Source of the DNA: a plasmid
Direction: 5' to 3' (one strand)
Length of the DNA: 64,000 nucleotides
Sequence record: NZ_LR134454.1
The notes beneath the pieces are model-generated. The model ran no database searches and had not been told where the DNA came from. It saw only the letters and a list, made by a program, of their open reading frames with translations. Within the stretch, counting starts at the first letter, position 1. Each line of letters begins with the position of its first letter. Shown here one piece after another: positions 59,762-64,000 of the stretch. Made by a program: the position numbers and the translations under genes.

Positions 59762-60784
59762 TCAGCGCCCGATGACCTCCGCCGCCCGCGGGCGACTCAC
59801 GGCCGCGCGGAACCGCTCCACCCCGACGTGCAGCCCCCACGACAGCACGATGGTGATCGCGGTGGTCACCACGACGATGGGCCACGTGGAACCGGTGAAC
59901 AGCGACCAGCCGAACAGGTCCAACACCACGAACTCCATGACAATCACGTGGAGGAGGAAGAACTCGTAGCTGATGGAGCCGAGCCACACCATCGGCCTCG
60001 AACCCAGCACGCGCGACGGCCCGGTCGCGAACGCGGCCACCAGCAGCCCGCCGATCAGCGCCTCCAGCAGGAACTTCGTCACCCCCTGCGCCGGGGTCGG
60101 CAGCCGGAGGTCGATCGGCCCGGCGACCGGGGTCAGCAGCACGCCGTAGGCGACCGCCGCGGCGAGCAGCAGAGGCCACCGCGGCAGCCGCACCCGGTCG
60201 ACCAGCAGCGCCACCGCCATGCCCGCGGCGAACGCGGCGGCGAACCCGGGCGGCCACGACCGCGCCGTCTTCCCGAAGACCTCCGTCGCGGTCACCAGCA
60301 CCAGCCAGCCCACGGACAGGGCGACCATCGCCGCCGGCACCGTCCACGCCCGGCGGGCGCGCAGCAGCCACAGCCCCAGGAGTGGAAGTGCCAGGTAGAA
60401 GGCGACTTCCACGCACATGCTCCACATCTGCGTCAGGCCCGTGTGCACGTGACCGACGCCGTAGATCTGCGTGAAACTCAGGTGCCGGAGGTAGTCGCCC
60501 CACCCGTGCCCGTGCGGCGAACCGTCGGGACGCCAGAGGTAGATGACGTACACGACGGTGACCACCGCCCAGTACGCGGGCAGGATCCGCCACGCCCGCG
60601 AGACGGCGTACCGCCGCACGTCCGGAGGCGTGCCCCCGGCCCGTGCGCGGATCCACGGCCGCACCAGCAGGAACCCCGACAGCGCGAAGAACACGGGCAC
60701 CGCGGTCTCGAGCCGCGCGTAGGCGGCGCCGAGCGCATCCGGGGTGAAGTCACCGCCCCAGAACGCGGCGTGCGTGACGCACAC
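59762..60784 (-). CDS. Acyltransferase family 3 protein; no canonical start codon upstream of the conserved N-terminal motif (possible non-ATG start, pseudogene or sequence error)
   Basis: The family signature ALTGLRALAAFGVCVTHAAF is encoded in frame between the YhgE/Pip TGA (60860-60862) and the first GTG (60784). There is no ATG/GTG/TTG in those 25 codons, only ATC and CTG. Confidence 0.55.
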   Translation of the reverse strand: MCVTHAAFWGGDFTPDALGAAYARLETAVPVFFALSGFLLVRPWIRARAGGTPPDVRRYAVSRAWRILPAYWAVVTVVYVIYLWRPDGSPHGHGWGDYLRHLSFTQIYGVGHVHTGLTQMWSMCVEVAFYLALPLLGLWLLRARRAWTVPAAMVALSVGWLVLVTATEVFGKTARSWPPGFAAAFAAGMAVALLVDRVRLPRWPLLLAAAVAYGVLLTPVAGPIDLRLPTPAQGVTKFLLEALIGGLLVAAFATGPSRVLGSRPMVWLGSISYEFFLLHVIVMEFVVLDLFGWSLFTGSTWPIVVVTTAITIVLSWGLHVGVERFRAAVSRPRAAEVIGR

Positions 60785-60859
60785 CCCGAACGCGGCCAGC
60801 GCCCGCAGGCCCGTGAGGGCGGGGACGTGGCCGGAGCGCGAAGCGGGTGCGATGGTGCC

Positions 60860-62896
60860 TCAGATCTTGATCGCGGGGATGAGCCGGTCGAGGTTCCAGA
60901 GCCGGTTCCGCCGGGCGGAGAGGCACGAGACCGTCACGGACGCGACCCACAGGAACACCAGCACCGCGATCGCCTGCCAGAGGCGGTTGTCGATGCCGCC
61001 CAGGATCAGCTGCCGCAAACCGTTGACGCCGTACGTCATCGGGTCGTACTTGTGCAGGATCTGGAAGGGTCTGGCGGTGGTCTCCACCGGATACATGCCG
61101 CCGGAGCTCACCAGCTGCAGCATCAGCAGCGCCATGATGAGCACGCGGCCGACGGCGGGCCCGACGAAGGCGTTCACCGCCTGGGTGAACGCGATGAAGG
61201 ACAGCGATACCCCCATCATGAAGAACACCATCGCGACGGGATGGGCCACCTCGAGGCCCAGCCCGAAGCGCACCACGCAGTACAGGATCGCCGCCTGGAA
61301 CAGGCCGATCGCGGCCGCGGGCAGGTAGCTCGCCATGACCACGCGGATCGCCAGCACCTCGGCGGCGATGGCGCGGTTCTGCAACGGCCGGAACACCATC
61401 CACAGCACCAGCGCGCCGAAGAACAGTGCCAGCGTGAGGAAGAAGGGCGCCATGCCGGTGCCGAAGTTCGGGGCGCGGTTCTCGTGCTGCGCGTCCAGCT
61501 GGACGGGGCCGCCGATGGTCTGCGCGACCTGCGAGGTCTGCTCCTGCGACCACTTGGGCACGGCGCCCGCGCCCTCGCGCAGCTTGGTCGACAGCTCCTG
61601 GCTGCCGTCGCGCAACTGCACCGTACCGGCCGAGAGCCGGGTGGCGCCGTCGGACAGCTGCGTGATGCCGTCGTCGAGCGTGGCGTTGCCCGCGGCGAGT
61701 TGCTGCGCGCCCGACCGCAGTTCGGTGAGCTTGGCGGTGAGGTCCCCGCCGGTGGCGCCGACCTGGGCGAGCACCGTCTGCAGGGGGCTGCCGGGCGTGC
61801 GGAGCTGCTCGGTCATCGTCGCGGCGGCACCGGCCGCTGCGGTGATCTGCTGCTTGGCCGCGGGCGTCACCGACGCCTGCGCGAGCTGCGCGCGAACCGC
61901 GCGCAGGCCCTCGGCGGACTGCCGTGCCACCGGGTCGGGGCTGGCGGCGAGCTGCCTGATCGCGGCGTCGATCCCCGCCAGCGCGGTGTCCTGCGTCTTG
62001 ACGAAGACGCCGGCCTTGTCGGCGGCCTCGACGAGTGCGGCTGCGCTCTGCTGCAGCTGCGCAGTGTTCCCGCCCAGCCCGGACAGCGCCTTCGTCACGG
62101 CGAGAAGGGGATCCGTGGCCTGGGTGATCCCGTCGGAGAGCTGCTGCGAGCCCGCGCGCAGCTGGGCCGAGCCGGTCTTCGCGGTCCCGAGGCCCGAGGC
62201 GAGCTGGGCGGCACCGTCGTTCGCGGTCACGAGACCGTCGTGGAGTTTCCCGGCCCCGTCGGCGGCCTGCTCGATCCCGGACCCGGCGGTGATCATCATC
62301 GACAGCACCTGGTTCACCGCCTGCCCGGAGACCCGGGTGGAGACGGCGTTGAGGACCTGCGACATCGCGGTCTGGCCGATGGTGGAGCTGATGTAGTTGT
62401 TGGCGTCGTTGTACACCGCTTGCAGCTGCGCCTTCTCGGGCTTGCCGCTCATCGGGGAGGCGATGGCGGCGGAGAAGTTCTCCGGCAGCTCCAGCATGAA
62501 GTAGTAGGTGCCGTCCTTGACGCCCTGCTGCGCCTCGGCGGGGGAGACGATGTTCCAGTCCAGGCTCTTGTCGTCGGCGAGCGACTTCTCGACCTCGGCG
62601 CCCGCGTTGATCTTCTGGCCCTTGACCTCGGTCCCCTTGTCGGCGTTGACGAGCGCGACCGGCATCTTGTTGACGTGGCCGAACGGATCCCAGAACGCCC
62701 ACAGGTACAGGGCGCCGTAGACCAGCGGCAGCAGCATCATCACGACGATCGCGGCGCGCGTGAGCCGGCTGCGGCCGAAGCGCTTGATCTCGGATCCGAA
62801 GGCGAGGCCGGCGGCGATGGGGACCAGGCTGCCCTTCGAGGAGGCCTTCTTCGCGGGCGTCTTCGCGGGCGTGTCGTCGGAGTTCTTGTCGGACAT
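60860..62896 (-). CDS. YhgE/Pip-domain membrane protein (ABC-2-type permease with large extracellular domain)
   Basis: N-terminal TM, a long extracellular Ala/Gln-rich helical region of about 450 aa, and a C-terminal 5-TM bundle, typical of YhgE/Pip. Confidence 0.75.
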   Translation of the reverse strand: MSDKNSDDTPAKTPAKKASSKGSLVPIAAGLAFGSEIKRFGRSRLTRAAIVVMMLLPLVYGALYLWAFWDPFGHVNKMPVALVNADKGTEVKGQKINAGAEVEKSLADDKSLDWNIVSPAEAQQGVKDGTYYFMLELPENFSAAIASPMSGKPEKAQLQAVYNDANNYISSTIGQTAMSQVLNAVSTRVSGQAVNQVLSMMITAGSGIEQAADGAGKLHDGLVTANDGAAQLASGLGTAKTGSAQLRAGSQQLSDGITQATDPLLAVTKALSGLGGNTAQLQQSAAALVEAADKAGVFVKTQDTALAGIDAAIRQLAASPDPVARQSAEGLRAVRAQLAQASVTPAAKQQITAAAGAAATMTEQLRTPGSPLQTVLAQVGATGGDLTAKLTELRSGAQQLAAGNATLDDGITQLSDGATRLSAGTVQLRDGSQELSTKLREGAGAVPKWSQEQTSQVAQTIGGPVQLDAQHENRAPNFGTGMAPFFLTLALFFGALVLWMVFRPLQNRAIAAEVLAIRVVMASYLPAAAIGLFQAAILYCVVRFGLGLEVAHPVAMVFFMMGVSLSFIAFTQAVNAFVGPAVGRVLIMALLMLQLVSSGGMYPVETTARPFQILHKYDPMTYGVNGLRQLILGGIDNRLWQAIAVLVFLWVASVTVSCLSARRNRLWNLDRLIPAIKI

Positions 62897-62901
62897 CGGG
62901 A

Positions 62902-63570
62902 TCAGTCCTTCCGGGTCAGGGCGCGGCGGTCGTGCAGGGTGTGCTGCGGGGCGGTGCCGCCGAGGGGGTTGGTGACCCCGACGATCACGGTGTAGCGGGT
63001 GGAGACCGCGCCGAGCCGCTGTACGGCCTCGGCGCGTCCTGGGTTGTCGCGGACCTGCTCCAGGTCGCCGACGATGAGGATCGGCCGGTTCCCCAACAGC
63101 GCCAGCGTGATCCGCAGCAGGAACAGCTGCAGGTCGCTGAGCTCGACGATGCGGGTCTTCGGCCCGGGTCGGTCGACGTCACCGAAGACCTGGTCCATCT
63201 CGAGGCTGCCGGCGCTGAGCGGCACCATGGAGTACCAGGGCGCGAGCCAGCGCCGCTGCTCGGCGAGCACGGTCTCGACGGTGACCGAGTCGTCCAGGTC
63301 GTCGATGTCCTCGAAGGCCGCGATGGCGCACTTCTTCCGGATCGCGCCCGGGGTGGTCGCCCCGAGGGCGTTGACGGTGCCGTGGTTCGGCTTGAGCCGC
63401 CCGGCGAGGGTGAGGAGCAGCGCGTCCTGGTCGCGGCCCGCGGGCATCTGCACGGCGTGCAGGCCGGGCCCGAACTCCAGGTCGATGCCCTGGAACAGGG
63501 GGCCGTGCTCCCCGTCGACGCCGATGTTCACCGCCGCGAGCTGTACGTCGTTCGGCTGGTCGTCATCCAT
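62902..63570 (-). CDS. ABC-type nucleotide-binding-domain-like protein with degenerate Walker A/B (pseudo-ATPase partner of YhgE/Pip)
   Basis: NBD-like fold (signature-like LSDLQ, D-loop-like region), but the Walker A position reads PAGRDQDA instead of GxxGxGKS/T. Confidence 0.55.
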   Translation of the reverse strand: MDDDQPNDVQLAAVNIGVDGEHGPLFQGIDLEFGPGLHAVQMPAGRDQDALLLTLAGRLKPNHGTVNALGATTPGAIRKKCAIAAFEDIDDLDDSVTVETVLAEQRRWLAPWYSMVPLSAGSLEMDQVFGDVDRPGPKTRIVELSDLQLFLLRITLALLGNRPILIVGDLEQVRDNPGRAEAVQRLGAVSTRYTVIVGVTNPLGGTAPQHTLHDRRALTRKD

Positions 63571-63758
63571 GCGGGCTCTCCGGAGGTCGTCGGCGCAGGT
63601 CGGTAGCAATCCTACGGTGGCGGCGCGAGGGTGCGGCGCGCACCGTCGGGCGCGCGGCGGCCGCACGGTCGGGCGCACCGTCGGCCCCGGGAACGGGCGA
63701 GGGCGCCCCGACCGGTGGTCGGAGCGCCCTCGGGGTGCTCGTGGTTACGAGGCGACGA

Positions 63759-64000
63759 TCAGAACGCGGCCTCGTCGAGGTCCATCGCCTGGTTGTCGAT
63801 CGCGGCGATGATGTCCTTGGTGCCGGTGAGCAGCGGCAGCATGTTCGCGGCGAAGAACTTCGCGACGCCGACCTTGCCCTCGTAGAAGGACTTGTCGGCA
63901 CCGGTGGCGCCACCGTCGATCTTGGCCTGCGCGACGACGGCCTGGTGCAGCAGGCGCCAGCCGACCATCAGGTCACCGAAGGCCATGAGGAAGCGCACCG
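63759..64000 (-). CDS. Acyl-CoA dehydrogenase, C-terminal fragment (gene continues beyond the window; fadE5-like by position)
   Basis: The last 79 codons of an open frame on the minus strand; positional equivalent of Rv0244c after fadA2. Confidence 0.5.
   Translation of the reverse strand, partial: VRFLMAFGDLMVGWRLLHQAVVAQAKIDGGATGADKSFYEGKVGVAKFFAANMLPLLTGTKDIIAAIDNQAMDLDEAAF

Overview
This is a 64 kb window of very high-GC actinobacterial chromosome, apparently Corynebacteriales. Gene content and local order parallel the Mycobacterium tuberculosis Rv0211-Rv0244 neighbourhood: pckA/pckG near the start, then aftD, a small Rv0236A-like gene, lpqI, a TetR, htdX, fabG4, fadA2 and a fadE5-like C-terminus, interrupted by lineage-specific insertions. 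Coding density is high, and many long antisense 'shadow' ORFs in the track are GC-driven artefacts. I found no rRNA, tRNA, CRISPR or transposase. From start to end the window contains: the 3' ~6.5 kb of an NRPS (A-T-E / C-A-T-R, terminal reductase); GTP-PEPCK; a divergent fadD / ltp-thiolase, hotdog, hotdog, SDR lipid beta-oxidation-like operon with a tandem-duplicated TetR; a stand-alone DUF2156 protein; a Gly/Ala-rich disordered secreted protein; a FAD monooxygenase; an orphan EccA-like TPR+AAA ATPase; a MacB-type ABC exporter; an ECF41 sigma factor operon with its TGTCACA-N16-(C/T)GTC-type promoter; a secreted protein built from 28 tandem 12-residue repeats; a methyltransferase/GT4 pair; a three-gene signalling module (receiver fused to a TrxR-like flavoprotein lacking the CxxC motif, a cNMP-binding histidine kinase, a zf-UBP protein); mscR plus an MBL hydrolase; a cell-envelope cluster (PapA-like acyltransferase, polytopic membrane protein, MOP flippase, DUF3068, acyltransferase-3, AftD); usp; an SMP-30-like protein; lpqI; a TetR with a shared TTACTY-N2-GAGTAA operator also present between fabG4 and fadA2; a CoA-binding protein; an acyltransferase-3 gene lacking a canonical start; and YhgE/Pip with a degenerate ABC ATPase. 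A dispersed palindrome (G)GTATGCG-N5-CGCATA(CC) recurs five times in intergenic regions. The most unusual items are the 12-residue-repeat secreted protein next to the ECF41 operon, the REC-pseudoTrxR/cNMP-HK/zf-UBP module, the orphan EccA-like ATPase and the dispersed palindrome family.
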